From Cyanophora paradoxa CCMP329 (taxonomy: Eukaryota; Plantae; Glaucophyta): 64,000 nucleotides of DNA. The stretch lies in assembly GCA_004431415.1 (NCBI GenBank), contig QPMI01000168.1:62001-126000 (forward strand), given 5' to 3'. Position 1 is the first letter of the stretch. Every line of letters begins with the position of its first letter. The translations under genes and the position numbers were made by a program. This document shows positions 23,627 to 36,463 of the stretch, piece after piece. The notes below the pieces were generated by a model. The model had not been told where the DNA came from. It was given only the letters and a program-made list of their open reading frames with translations, and did not search any database.

Positions 23627-25859
23627 CTACCGCTCGTCATCGTACCGAGATGCGATACCCGAGCGGCCCTTGACAGCAAGCTGCGGGGCGTCCGCCCCGA
23701 CCCGCATCTCAAGGCCTTGGAAAGAGCGGCCTTGGAGGAAGTCAGCAGCCGGACTCGAAACCCCGGTGGACAAGGCTCCGGCTGCCTCGCGGACGACCAA
23801 GGCAGCTTGCTCGCCGCTCGCCGAATCGGCCTGTGCCATCCTGCCTGCCGTGCTATCTCGGTCTTTCAGCATCCGGCCCGTTGCCAGAGACATGCGGAGG
23901 GGCTCATCATCCCCCTCTGCACCCGCATCGCCCCTCAGGAGTGCTTCTCGTGCGCTCTGTTAAACGAAAGCTTAACACATGGACACGGAGTGTTTAACCA
24001 AATTCGCGAACCTGCATCATTGGAAGGAGGTCCCTAAAGCTGGTCGAGTACTCCCCCGTCCACTGCCAGCCACTGAGAATTTGTTGCACAGTGAGCAGGA
24101 GCGACATCCACGGTTGGCAGGAGAGTTCTCACGGGGCAAGTGCAGATAAGAGCTCATACGGAGTAACGACGGGCTTCAGCAGCTCTTTCGAGTCCATCAG
24201 AGTGTTCTCTTCGCATGCAATCTGGTCAAGCCGCAGTGAGCACACAAAAAAGTGGGCTTGAGGGGACAAACGAACCAGCACAAACACGTCGACTTCAGGG
24301 AAGTTTGCAAGCTAAAATAACTCTACGGTAAGTGGACACTAAATCATAATGTTCTGTGAAAAACGCACCTTTGCAGGGTTCGGCTTTCCCACAACGAATG
24401 TGTAAGACTTGCGCCCTGCAGCTGCAACCAGGGCACGTGTTGCTGCAACCGCATCCGCATAGCCCGCTGTTCGCAGCGTCTCTTTAGCGAGCAGAATCTA
24501 GAGAAACATTAACAAAAGATCGTACCAACTCCAAGAGTGCCCACGAGGATGCCTACGATGTCTGCAGCCTGCAGAGCTCACTCTGTCACACATCCGCGAG
24601 AACCTAGGCGAGACCGAATCTGTTGCAGACCCGGGCACGTTCAACTAGATGATAGCGTTTTGCCAGTGCCCGGTTTGTGCCTGCCATGAATGAAGTTGAT
24701 TCAGGATCGGAGAAAAACGGGGATTCAGAGGACAGACCGACACTCTCATCACGCAGGCGACCTGCACCGCCACCTTCTCCAGGCAAGTAGCCAACAACCT
24801 GACGGCTTCGTGAGAGAGGCTTGAGACTCTATTGACGTGCGGGAAATGCACCAGGGAGGGGGATGCATGCAGCAGGAGCGAGGTCAACTTAGGACCTTCG
24901 CCGCCTATGTAGAGGATCGCGCACTGTGAGAGTTTCTGCACGCCCTGCATGTCTCTCATTAATATTGAGCTGCTTTGTGGAAAGAGCCGAACACACCTCA
25001 GGCAATGCGACCGACAGTCCAGCGATGCGCAAACACGAAGAGCCTTCCCCCGTACTCTCTGAGGCATCCGAGGAAACAGGAGCAACCGGAACGGACGCGG
25101 GAGGCTGGCAAGAATCACAAGCGCCTGCTCCGCATTCGCGGGCGCGGGGTGGGGCTGGCTCTTGACTCTGAACAGGGCTGCACAACCGCGCAGGTGCTCG
25201 CGCTACGGAGGCCCGGGAATATGCCTTCGCGAGATCCGCGGCTAGGGCTTCTGATGCGTGGGCGTACACATGCTCGTAGACCACGACGAGGGGCTGGTCG
25301 GCGGGGAAGCGGCCCTGGAGCGCCGCAACGAGCGGCCCGGTTTCCAGCGGCTCACGTCCGAAGACGAAGTACGCGGGGATACGCGAGGTGCTACGTAGCG
25401 AAAGAAGGTCATAAGAAATAGGCGCCCGGCTTCAAGGGGCGCGCGCACGGTGATAGACAGGTTGGACCGTAGTGAACGACGACATCCGCCTGCAAGTGCT
25501 CAGCGGCGGTCTCGTCCACGCAGCAGCTTCCGTAGGATGTGTCGCCGAGAACGAAAACCTTCACATCGCCTCCGATCGTCGCCTGCACGCAGGGCGACTT
25601 CAGCGGTGCGCTACACCTCGGCGGCCGCGGCCGCGATGAGCTCCGACATACCTGCAAGCGCTCACAGACGGCAGGGGCGTCTGTGAGGAGATCATCGGGA
25701 AACTGCAGCGCAATCTGCAGAAGCGCTCAGGTGAAGTGCAGCCGCGGACGGCCGATCGCCACGAACCGAGCGGCGTGTGGCTCTAGAAAGCGCATCAGCG
25801 GTCTCCGCGATTTCGTAGCGCTCCTCGAGAGCCCCTGCATCGCTAGCTACCGGAGCCAT
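23627..25859 (-). CDS. DPH2: Diphthamide biosynthesis protein 2
   Basis: [64 protein letters not shown]|[12 protein letters not shown]|[15 protein letters not shown], and the DPH2-type C-terminus RSFQGLE...[13 protein letters not shown]. Confidence 0.93.
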
Positions 25860-26008
25860 GCCAGCACCTCCCCGAGCGGCTAGAGCGCTGCCAGCAGCTA
25901 TAAAACGTTAGCTACAAGGTTAGCTAAGCTAGATCGCCTCCAGAAGACAAGCAGAAGGTCGCTGAAGGTGGTTGGCGGGGGTATGTGCTTTGAGCCGACG
26001 AACAGCGG

Positions 26009-28797
26009 ATGGGGGACGAGGGGGTTCCGAGTGGCGCGATTGTGAGCACGCCGAATGCACCTCCGAGCGGATCGAGTGCCGCCCCGAGCGCCAGCGGTGC
26101 GGGCGCGCACGCCGTTCGACAGGAGCGCCCCTGACAGCGCCCTACAGGCGGGGCGGATCTCGAGTATCGCGGGCCGCCGCAAAAGACGATTCAGCTGCTC
26201 GCAGGGGAGCAGGTCTTCGACCCCAGCGACCCGCAGATCAAGTCGGTGCGCGCTCTCCCACGTCGCGCGCCCCGCGCATGTAACGCTGCGCGTTCGCTGT
26301 GCTCGCAGGACATCATCAGAATCATGTGCGCCCGCCCGCCACCGCCTCAGCGTATGCAGGTTACTAAGCGCAGCTTGTGCAACCTGGCACATACGCAGCA
26401 TCCAGGTGGGCTTACATCGTGCCCCATGGGGCCATAGGCAGGCATGCAGTAGTCTGAGTGTTTTGTGCCCTCGCAGTACCTGGCGAATGAAGGCTACACA
26501 GCTTCCATGGTGCGCTCTGCGCTATTGCGTCGTCGCCCCAACACGCTGGCGTCTTTGACCAGTGTGCGCAGATGACTATTCAGGTGCGCTCATAGACCGT
26601 CGGATCGGAGCAGTCGTTAAGCGTCTACAGGACGAGGCGAACGTGAGCTTCAAGGAGTCACAGGAGAAGCGTGCACTAATCAAGCGGATGCGGAAGCTGA
26701 TTCTCGCTGGGGACTGGCCAGAGCTCGAACGTGAGTACCTCTTACAGATTGCCACGCTATTGCTCTTGTTGAATCTTGGCTCAGGCATATGCACCAAACA
26801 GAACTTTAAGGTTCACATTATCTTTGCATCTTCCGGCACAGGTAGAGCTGACTGGGCATGCAGCACTTCAAGGTCGTGCTGTACGCCGCCTACAAGCAGC
26901 AGTTTCTCGAGTTGATAGAAGCTCAGGAGTATCAAAAGGTCCCTGGGCCTACTTCTTTTCCTGCAGCATGCTGTGACTATCCTTGCAGGCCTTGAGCATG
27001 CTCACGAAACGATTGAAGCCACTTGAATCGCTACAAACGCATCCAAACGAATTTAGAGACCTGTAAATCCTCTTGTTCATTTTATGATGCACTGGAATTT
27101 CTTGGCTGAGCATGAGCTCAGAGCCTACCTGTTGACGTGCAAGTCAGTTCAGGACCTTCCCTCGTTCAAAGGATGGGATGGAGTCCAGCACTCTCGCGAG
27201 CAGCTTGCCGACCAGATCCAGTCGATGCTCGACGTTGAATCGTCGACTGAAATCTCCGGCGCTGTGCGCGTCCCTCCAAGCCGGCTTATCACCTTGCTTC
27301 AACAAGCAATTGCATACCAAGTCGAATTCAGCCGCTACCACCCGACTGTTTGCCCTCGCATCAAGACGTTCGTTTTTCCCAATTCGTTTCCAGCAAGCAT
27401 TGTTTAAATCCCCCTGCAGACTTCTCCATGAATATGAATGCTTCGTCATCCCGAATGCTTTGCGGCAAACTTTGAAGGGCTCAAAAGGCAACGTGAAGTG
27501 CGTTGAATTTCTTGGCGAGGAGGGTCGAATGATCATATCGGGTTCGAGGTGAGGGAATCTTCTTGCAAAGTGAGCTTATTATTCCTCTAATTGCAACTAG
27601 TGATAACCATGTACGGCTCTGGAACACGGAGAGTGGCGAATGTGTTCGAGTCCTGCAGGTATGAAAGATAACTATTCTCGCGCTTTTCAGCCGCCTGATG
27701 TCACATGCCAGGGTCACTCATCTCGAATTTGGGATGTTTCATCAAACAAGACCGGTGAATATATTGCCAGTGGGTCTGGCGACGGGACAGTACGGGTGCA
27801 CTGGATGCTCTCATTTCTCATTTGCAAGTGGCTGAGTTTCGTGAAGCTGTGGGATGTGCGGGAAGGAAGCAAAGAGGAGTGTATATCTGTTTTAACAGGC
27901 CACGAAGGGGATGTCTACACCGTCCGGTATCATCCAAGCGAGGCTTGTTTCTGTGCAGCTATTTCGGAAAGATGGTACCTGATGGACATTGCAGAAGCAC
28001 GTTGCAACAGGTGGCTACGATAAATCCGTCAGGCTCTATGATGCATCACGGGGCACTCTCGTAAAGACTTTCAGCGGTGCTCATCAAAATTCAGTCACTC
28101 GGATCGCGTTCAACCCACATGGCAACTGGATCATTAGCGGGTAACACATTTTCGTCAACTTTTGCCCTATCTGTTTGTCTAATTGCACATTTGTAGATCA
28201 AAAGATGCAACCATCAAAGTGTGGGACATTGTGTCAGGTTTCTCAGTTTATTTGTGTGCTTCCGATCGAAAAAATGCTGATTTATTTCTATTAGGCGTTT
28301 GCATCCGCACGTACAGCTCCCATCTTGGAGAAGTAACAAGCGTGGAGATGGACTCGTCTGGAACAAAGCTTTTGAGCTCTTCAAAGGATAACAGCAACCG
28401 TTTATGGGATATTAGGCAAACGGCCAGGCCCATTCAGCGCTTCAAGGGCCACCAGAACACGTCTACAAACTTCATTCGTGCTTCCTTTGGCCCGAACGAT
28501 GCTCTCGTTGTTGGCGGCTCGGAGGTCTGAACCACCCACCAGTCATTCGTTCACATTTTGTGACCCTTGACTAGGATGGGCATCTATTCATCTGGGACCT
28601 GGAGACAAGCAACGTATTGCAGCGGTTGCAAGGACACAATGGACCTGTCTACAGTGCTACGTGGAGTAAAGCGCAAAGTATACTTGCAAGGTGCGATTCG
28701 CTTATTTTCTCTGGGAGGGTCGCACAGTTAATCTGGTGCCAGCTGTGGAGCCGACTGCTGCGTACGAACGTGGTGGTGGAAGAAAGGGGTTGCTTAG
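26009..28797 (+). CDS. LisH-CTLH-WD40 repeat protein (SMU1/WDR26/WDR47-like architecture)
   Basis: LisH SDIIRIIIQYLANEGYTASMMTIQDEANV; CTLH RKLILAGDWPELE, YKQQFLELIE; VPPSRLITLLQQA; several WD repeats (GHSSRIWDV, GHEGDVYTV, SHLGEVTSV, GHNGPVYSATW). TAG 28795-28797. Confidence 0.85.
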
Positions 28798-28887
28798 CAG
28801 TGAGTCGGCTGAGTCGGCAACGGCAAGCGGCTGCACTATCCCCGCAAGAGCAACTTGCAGATGATGTGTTATTGTTGGAAAGGGGTT

Positions 28888-28941
28888 GCTTAGCTACGAA
28901 ACTACCACTTCCTAGCTTAGCTACGAAACTACCACTTCCTA
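28888..28941. repeat. 27-bp tandem duplication; its left flank repeats the WD40 gene stop-codon context
   Basis: gcttagctacgaaactaccacttccta x2; aaaggggttgcttagc also occurs at 28783-28798. Confidence 0.9.
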
Positions 28942-28944
28942 ATT

Positions 28945-29787
28945 TCATATTACGATGCCTACGCCTTGCGTGTCACCTCGCCGATGAGTAGAAGCCCCCT
29001 GCGATTGAGATGGTTGTCGAGTAAGATAGCTGAAGGGTGCTGCGAACAAGGCGAGTCGCGCACCGTACTGCGTGCGCGCCCTCGATACATAGAGGCTGCG
29101 GTTCTCGTCGCCTGTCTCCTCGTCGACAGTTGGCTTCAGCTGGCTAGTAGTCTCGTATTGCTGATGCCCCCTCAAACGCGCTGCAGCGAGATCTTGCGGC
29201 ACATTTCTTGCGAGGCCAATCAACGCCTCCGTCCCAAGCTTTGAAGACATCAAAGGAGGCTGGAGAGGAGCTGTGAGATCCAGAGGCGATCTACGTGCGC
29301 GCCGCTACGCACAATGTCGTAGAGTTCGGCAATCGGCACATCCTGCTTCTTCGCATCCGCTTCGGCGCCTTTGAACTGCGCGGGGGGCATCGGCGACGAG
29401 GTCGAGATGCTGTTCAACAGCACGGGCGCGCCTGGAGGACTCTCGTTATCGCCAGCTCATGGCAGTGCCTCTTCTTTCCGCCGTTGACCACAATAGAAGA
29501 GTACTGCAGACTTCCCATAGCCTCGCGCGCTGACGGAGCTAAACGGTGAAGGGATGCAGAATCAAACGGCTAGACCGGTCGCCTAGCTGCGAGGCTGAAA
29601 GGAGGTAGCGCTGCACGGTCGATTCTGCAGACTGGCTGCGTTCTTTGGGCTGCCTTGACTGGGCGTGTAGCGCTCGGTTGTCGTTGCTATGCGGGGGCTG
29701 GGGGAGCCGGAGGCGGTACCGGTAGCGGCGCTCACAGTAATAGCACTCGAGGGGGGTACCTGGACGGACATGGCCATGGGCCTTCAA
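28945..29787 (-). CDS. Hypothetical protein, spliced; start not found
   Basis: In-phase exon chain AHGHVRPGTPLECYYCERR...LHPFT|YSSIVVNGGKKRHCHELAITRVLQ|FKGAEADAKKQDVPIAELYDI|PPLMSSKLG...; no family recognised. Confidence 0.35.
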
Positions 29788-29978
29788 TATTAATTGAATT
29801 TGTGAGTTGACTCGGCGACTTCGGGCTTATGTATAGTAGCCAACCTAGCTACTGTGTAATGCAAAAGCGGGCTGATCATGGCATGCGCCAGGCATCATGG
29901 CAAGCAAATTGAAATCACGAAATTCAAGCATTCAATTCTATGGCCTGGCAATCTTCTATAATCATACAACAACACTGC

Positions 29979-32460
29979 TTAGTTCGACACAATCTGCGGG
30001 GCCTGGGCAACGTAGTTGTCCGGCTTGCAGCCGTGCTTCTCGAGCAGCTCCCGGATATCGGCGATGCCAATGACCTCACGCTCCATCAGCAGGTCGGCCA
30101 TCTCGTCGAGGACGACCCTGTTGGTGTTGAGGAGGTTGAGGGCGCGCTCGTACTGGCCGTCAACGAGGGCCTTGACCTCGTTGTCGATCATGGTCTGCAG
30201 GGGCGGGGTCAGGGGCGCGCACAGGCGGGGAGAGATCGCATGAGAGCGGACCATGAGCTCAGGGGAGGCAGACTCGGAGCCGAAGGGGTTGGAGCCCATG
30301 GGGGCGCGGATGGCGCCGACGGACTTGGACATGCCGTACTGGGTGACCATGTTGCGGGCCAGGCGGGTGACCTGCTGGATGTCGTTCGAGGCGCCGGTCG
30401 TCACGTTGTCCTCGCCGAAGATGATCTCCTCCGCCGCGCGGCCGCCCAGGGCCACGCAGAGCTGGTTCAGCAGGTACGAGTACGAGTACATGCCGGAGTC
30501 GACGCGCTCCTCGTTGGGCGCGAAGAAGGTGACACCGCCGGCTGCGGCCCGGACGTCAGCGAACGGTGAAGGGCGACCGTGCGGTAGGGGCGCAGGGGCT
30601 CACCGGGGCCGCGGGGGATGATGGACACCTTGTTGACCTCGTCGTAGTCGGCCATGAGGGCGCCGCAGAGCGCGTGGCCGGCCTCGTGGTAGGCGACGAG
30701 GCGCTTGACCTTCTCGGGGATGACCCGGTCGGTCTTCTCAGCGCCGAGGATGATGCGGTCTGCGCCCAGAGGGTCAGCCCAGCGAGAGCCCGCGAAGGAC
30801 GAACGGGGGGCGAACCGAGGGCGTCTTCGATCTCCTTCTGGCCGACGGCGGTGAGCTTCCGGCGCGCGGCGAGGATGGCGGCCTCGTTGAGAAGGTTGGC
30901 GATGGAGGCGCCGGAGAAGCCCGGGGTGCGGCGGGCGGAGGTGTCGAGGTCGACCGAGTCGTCGAGGGGCTTGCCGCGGGCGTGCACGTCGAAGATCGCG
31001 CGGCGCTCCTTAAAGTCGGGCAGCTCGACGGTGATCTGCCGGTCGAAGCGGCCGGGCCGGAGAAGCGCCGAGTCGAGCACGTCCAGCCGGTTGGTCGCCG
31101 CGACGACGATGACGCCCGAGTTGCCTGCGAGGAGGCGCGCGCGTCAGCGGCGGTCTGAAAGAGGAGGGGGGGGGGGGGTGACTTGCCCTCGAAGCCGTCC
31201 ATCTCAGTGAGGATCTGGTTCAGGGTCTGCTCACGCTCGTCGTTCACGAAGCCAGCGCCGCCCGCCATGCCAGAGCGAGCCCTGTTGAGCTCGTCAGAAA
31301 GGCCGAGGACCTCATGGCGCCGCCCATGCCGCCCAGGCCCATGCTGAGCGGGTTGTTGCCGCCGCCCATGCCGCCCGGGCCGCCGCCGCCGCCCATACGA
31401 CGGCCGAGGAAATAGAGGCCGAGGATGAACAGGCCGGGGAGGAGGAGCGAGGAAAGGATGTCGAACGCGGGGTTTGCCTCCTCGTTCGCGGCGGTGCGGG
31501 TGACGGCTGCGGGGCGCCTCAGACTCGGGGCGGCGATAACTGCAAAGACTGCACTGCATGCACACCGACATCGGCGCCGTTCTCCTCAAGGAACGAAAGC
31601 AGGTTCGGGTTGAACGGGGGCAGGACGACCTGAGCGCCGGTCAGCATACGAGCTGGAGTCTCGGGCGGCTGCGAAAGACCTTGTGGCGGTTGCCGTCGAC
31701 ATCAACCACAACAGCGCGGCTCATGTCGCTGCTGAAGGTGACGCGCTCAACCTGCCGAAGGGTTGGCCCAGACGAGAGGTAAAGCAGAGAGTAGCGGAGG
31801 GTACCTCGCGCTTCTCAACCGCCTCAACGAACTGGCTGTAAATCCCTGCGAGGCTCCCCTAATCACGCATGGCCGGGCCCCCGTTAAAACACCTGGCTCA
31901 CACGACTCGCTCGACGCGCGCGCAGGGTCAACGGCCGACGCCAAGCCAGCAGCAAGGACGGGCGAAGCAGTGTTGAGCGCAATCGTGCCGGCAAGCGCGG
32001 CCGCGGCGAAGATCTGCGGGTCGCCCGTCGCACGTGCAATCGGCGGGGGGCGAATTACGCAGACGAACCCGACGGGCATTGCGGGGCTTCAGCTTCGAGA
32101 GCTCCTCCACGACGCTGCGGAGCACGCTGTGCTGCTCGGCCTTCTGGGACTCCTGCGCGCGCGCCACGTGAACACCATAATAGGCTCGGTGGCCCTCAGG
32201 GGGAGCGAAAATACCTCTCCCTGGGCTCCCTGCTCGCAAACAGCGACGGCAGGACGGCGGGCGAGAGCTGCCGGGATGGTGTTCTGGATGAACCGCCGGA
32301 CTGACTTTTGGCCGAGGAAGCCCTGTGTGAACTCAATACGAGGGGAGCCCGCCCGGCTGCACGACGCCGAGCTGCGCTTGCGCGTGGCGACGGCCGAGCC
32401 GGTGTGCAGGGCCGAGGCCCGGGAGAAGGCAACCGGCGTGGGGACGATGAAGGCGTCCAT
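29979..32460 (-). CDS. ftsH: Plastid thylakoid FtsH protease, type A (FtsH1/5-like); Walker A/B region absent in this sequence
   Basis: Transit peptide [29 protein letters not shown], second TM helix, [49 protein letters not shown] zinc motif, [25 protein letters not shown]. Confidence 0.92.
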
Positions 32461-32829
32461 ACTGGAGGGCCGCTGAACTGAAAACTAGACTAATCTGCGG
32501 CTGTGATCTCCGGGGGCCCGACGACTATGATCCGGGCGTGCGCGCGTGTGCCGCGTGAACCGCGTGCCGAACGAGAATGCGTACCCTCCGGAGGGGGGCG
32601 AGGTGGTGGGGTACAGGACGCTTTCATCTGACTCGCCGTGTGGCAGTCTTCTGGCTTTTCAAGCCCGCAGCTGTTGATCGGAAACAGCGTGCCCGATCTA
32701 GTGCAGTGCACCCCAGCAAGGAGCGCGCGCAGCCCGCCGCAGCGCGCGCGCAGCGCGCCGGCCTCCCTTCCATTGCCGAGCTGGGTGCGCCTTTCGCTTA
32801 CATGCACACATTCACCATCGGGGCTAGCA

Positions 32830-35004
32830 ATGAGCAGGCGCCCGCAGGCTGCAGCGATGCCGGGCGAGTGCGCGTTCGCCGCCGCTCTCTGCGCAGCCAT
32901 CAAGAGCACTCTGGCATTTGAAGTTATAGATGTATCGCGGCAGTGCACACAAGCACCTGCCCGACAGGGCCTTAACGAAGGTGCGGGAGTCGAAAATCGA
33001 GCTGTGAGCCTCGTTAAACCCCGCCGCAGCTCGGGCTCGCTCGCAGAGGGTGTATTCATCGCACCACTCAATCATTTTTGGAGGGGGTCGCATCTTCACC
33101 TCGAGCGCAAGGCCGCCTCGAATTCGATCAGCGCAGTCCACCTCCACATGTCCAGCCCCTCCTGTTGCACAGCAACCCGAGTGCTCTGTGAGTACGTCAG
33201 CGCGCGACGAACTCGTCGGGTTCGATGTCATCATCATCGGTGCTGGGGTGCGCATCTGCTGAGATTGTGAAATTCTGATCTCTGTATTCGCAATCCGACC
33301 TGGTCCACAACGCAGGCTGCAGGGCTGTACGCAGCATTGAGTTTGCCATCCAAAACGAAGGTTGCGATAATCACAAAAGAAAGTCTGGACACAAGCAGCA
33401 GCGAATGGGCTCAAGGCGGTATTGCGGCCGTCACTCATCAGGACCCCCTGGACTCGGAAGAACTCCATGAATCTGACACCCTTCGGGCCGGGGACGGGCT
33501 CTGTGACATCGATGCTGTCCAGTTTCTCGTCCGTCATGGAGGATCGGCCATTGAGCATCTCCTGTCAATTGGAACGAAGTTCGACACAGAGGAGAGTGGA
33601 ATCGCCCTGTCACTCGAGGCAGCACACTCGCGACCTCGGATCCTGCACGCTGGAGACTCGACTGGCCGGGAGATGGTGCGATCACTGAAGGAGCACGCTC
33701 TTCGGCATCCCAACATCCGATTCTTCGATGACACAGTTGCCCTTGACCTGTGGCTACACGACCAGACGGGAGAATGTCAGGGCATTTGTCTGGCACGTGC
33801 AGGCATGATACACTGGGTGCCAGCGAAGGTCGTAGTAATTGCAAGTGGAGGCGGAGGGCAGGTTTTTTCGCCCACCTCGAACCCGGAGTCTATCACAGGC
33901 GACAGTGTTGCTCTTGGCTGGCGCGCTGGGGCAAGGTTGCGCGACCTTGAGTTTGTTCAGTTTCATCCTACAACTTTCCATCTGCCTGGGGCGCCAACAA
34001 CTTTGGTCACGGAGGCCGTTCGTGGTGCTGGAGCCTTCATTATTGACAACACTGGACGCCGCTTCCTTCTGGACTACCATCCGGATGGCGAATTGGCTCC
34101 GAGGAGTATAGTCAGCCAATCCATCTTCGACCACATGCAGAAAACTGGCATGCCCTGCGTTTATCTTGACCTCTCGCCGATCCCTCGGGCAACCCTCGAA
34201 AAGAAGTTCCCCAATCTGGTATCGTTCTGTCGTTCATGGGGGATCGATGTCGCCACCCAGCCAGTGCCTGTTGCACCAGCCGCCCACTACTGGATGGGTG
34301 GCATCGAGACTGATCTCGACGGTTCCTCGTCAGTCCCCAGACTGATCGCCATTGGTGAAGCAGCCAGCACTGGAGTTCATGGAGCGAATCGGCTAGCATC
34401 CAACTCGCTTCTGGAGTGTCTTGTGTTCGGCGCCCAGCTGGCACATCTCGACTTGTCAGCATCTACACAGGCACATGTGGCCGATGATTTGAGCTCCAAG
34501 CAGACTGTCGATTCCCAGCTACCCAGCGTTGTTTTTGATACCTGGTCCAGCCAGAAAGCATTCATCGAGTACCTTCGCCGTGAACTTCCACTTGTCATGG
34601 GACGATCTGCAGGGATCAGCCGATGTGGGGAAATCTTGGAGGCAGCTCTGTCTCAAGTGAATGAATGGCGTGCTCAGTTTATGGGGCTACCTCTGTCCTC
34701 CGCTCTGGCAAACTTGAAACACCAATCACAGTCCATCTCACTACGGATCCCTTCGAGTGACCTACGTCTGTGGGCAGAAGTCCGAAACTTGCTGGACGTT
34801 TCCTACCTCATCCTGTCTTCAGCGCTCTTCCGGACAGAGAGCCGTGGGGCGCATCACAGAACAGACTATCCTCAGAAGGACCCTGATTGGGAGCGGCACA
34901 CTCTTGTCTGTGGCACTAGCATCTGGAGCAGCGAGCTCATTAACGTCCAAAATGTTCAGCAAATCGCAGTAAGCAGAAGAAGTAGAACAGCTACTTCAAA
35001 TTGA
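32830..35004 (+). CDS. nadB: L-aspartate oxidase with N-terminal putative plastid transit peptide (introns 32981-33029 and ~33248-33315)
   Basis: FDVIIIGAG|AAGLYAAL, SSSEWAQGGIAA, LEAAHSRPRILHAGDSTG, EFVQFHPT, VTEAVRGAG, ELAPR, APAAHYWMGG, TGVHGANRLASNSLLECLVFG, RTESRGAHHRTDYP. Start ATG 32830 or 32857. Confidence 0.95.
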
Positions 35005-36463
35005 TTGCAATTGAAGATTGTACTGCCTGTGCGCAAGCAGCTTCGCTGGGAGTCGATTTTAGAGGCCGCCGGGCCTTAAATGGATGGAGAGAGGGGCCAT
35101 CGGATTTTCAGGACCCGGGAGCGGCTTTGATTTGAGGACTCCCGGGATCCAGAAACTTGAAACTTTACAATTGCAAGTTACCTTAAATATGTGAATTCGC
35201 ACACACCGTGGCACCGAGACAAATGGCTAGCGATATAACTGAGGTGTACATCTGTGTCAAGTCGAGAGATGAACCTACGGGACTAAGCCTGTCGGACATC
35301 GGACCGGGCGGAGCTCGGATGTGAAAATAACTGGAAATGCTACCCCGGGGCTAGGTCTAGCGCTGCACTACCCAAGGACGAGAGGGCGAGCAAGGTCTGA
35401 AAAGCAGACGACTGCAGCTGTGACTATACCTAGCCAGCCGCTGAGCTATGGCCTCCGGGAAGGCGCTCTGTAACCTAAAATTGCAAGGTACCGGGGGTAA
35501 CGAGTCCGCCGGGCCTTTCAAAGTTTTCTTTGGTTAATATTGAAATTTGCAGGCGAAGTCGACAAATAAAACTTTGCGCGGCGCGAGCGAGAGGCCACCT
35601 GCGCCTCTGTCGTCTGCACTGCACCGCACTTCCACACGGCTGCAGTGGCGCAGTGCTGCGCCGGGCCCCAACTCGGCGGCAGGGGGGGAACTCGGCGGGG
35701 CGGGGCAGGCAACTGCTGGGGCCCCTCCTCCTCAGGGCCTGCCAGGGCCGGCAGACGTGGCCGCCTCCGTGCTATCGGCCTCCTTAGCTTCCGCAGCAGC
35801 TGCACGTTGAAGCAGGGAAGCTCCTCGGATGAGAGGCGGGCCGGGCCGGCCCGGCAGCGGGCGAGGCGGAACCGGGCAGGTGGAGGGAGGCCTAGGGGAG
35901 ATGCAGAGGGAAGGGGTAGCCCCCAGGCCAGGCCGACGGCGCCGACCGATGGCACTGCGGGGCCCGCTGCCGACGGCTCTTCGTGCGGCGCCTGCTCGCC
36001 CTCTGTGCCCGGGGCCCACGGCGGCCGGGGCGCTCCGCTGGGGGGGCTCCCCTTTTGGTGTCGGGCTGCAGGCCGTCCACGGGCTCCCCGGGCAAGGGGG
36101 GGGCGGGGGCAATCGGGGGCTGGCGGGCGGCGAGGTCGACGGCGCGGCAGAGGCGGTGCGCCGAGGGTAGGCGACGCTGGAGGCGCAGCAGCGGGCGAGC
36201 GCGGCGGCCGGGTGGCGGCCAATCAGACAGGTGGCACTCGGCGGGGGTGGAGAGGAGGGCGGCGGCGGGGGCGGAGAGGAGGGCCCGGACGAGGAGGGCC
36301 CCGGGACAGCCGCACGTGGCCCCGGATCCAGCGGGCGGGGGGCGGGTGCACAGGAGGTGGGCGAAGACGGTCCGGACGCCGCTATAGCGGAAGCCGGACG
36401 CCGGGCGGGCGCACAAAAGGGGGGCAAAGCACAGGCAGAAGAGGCGGTCGGTGACCTGCTCTG

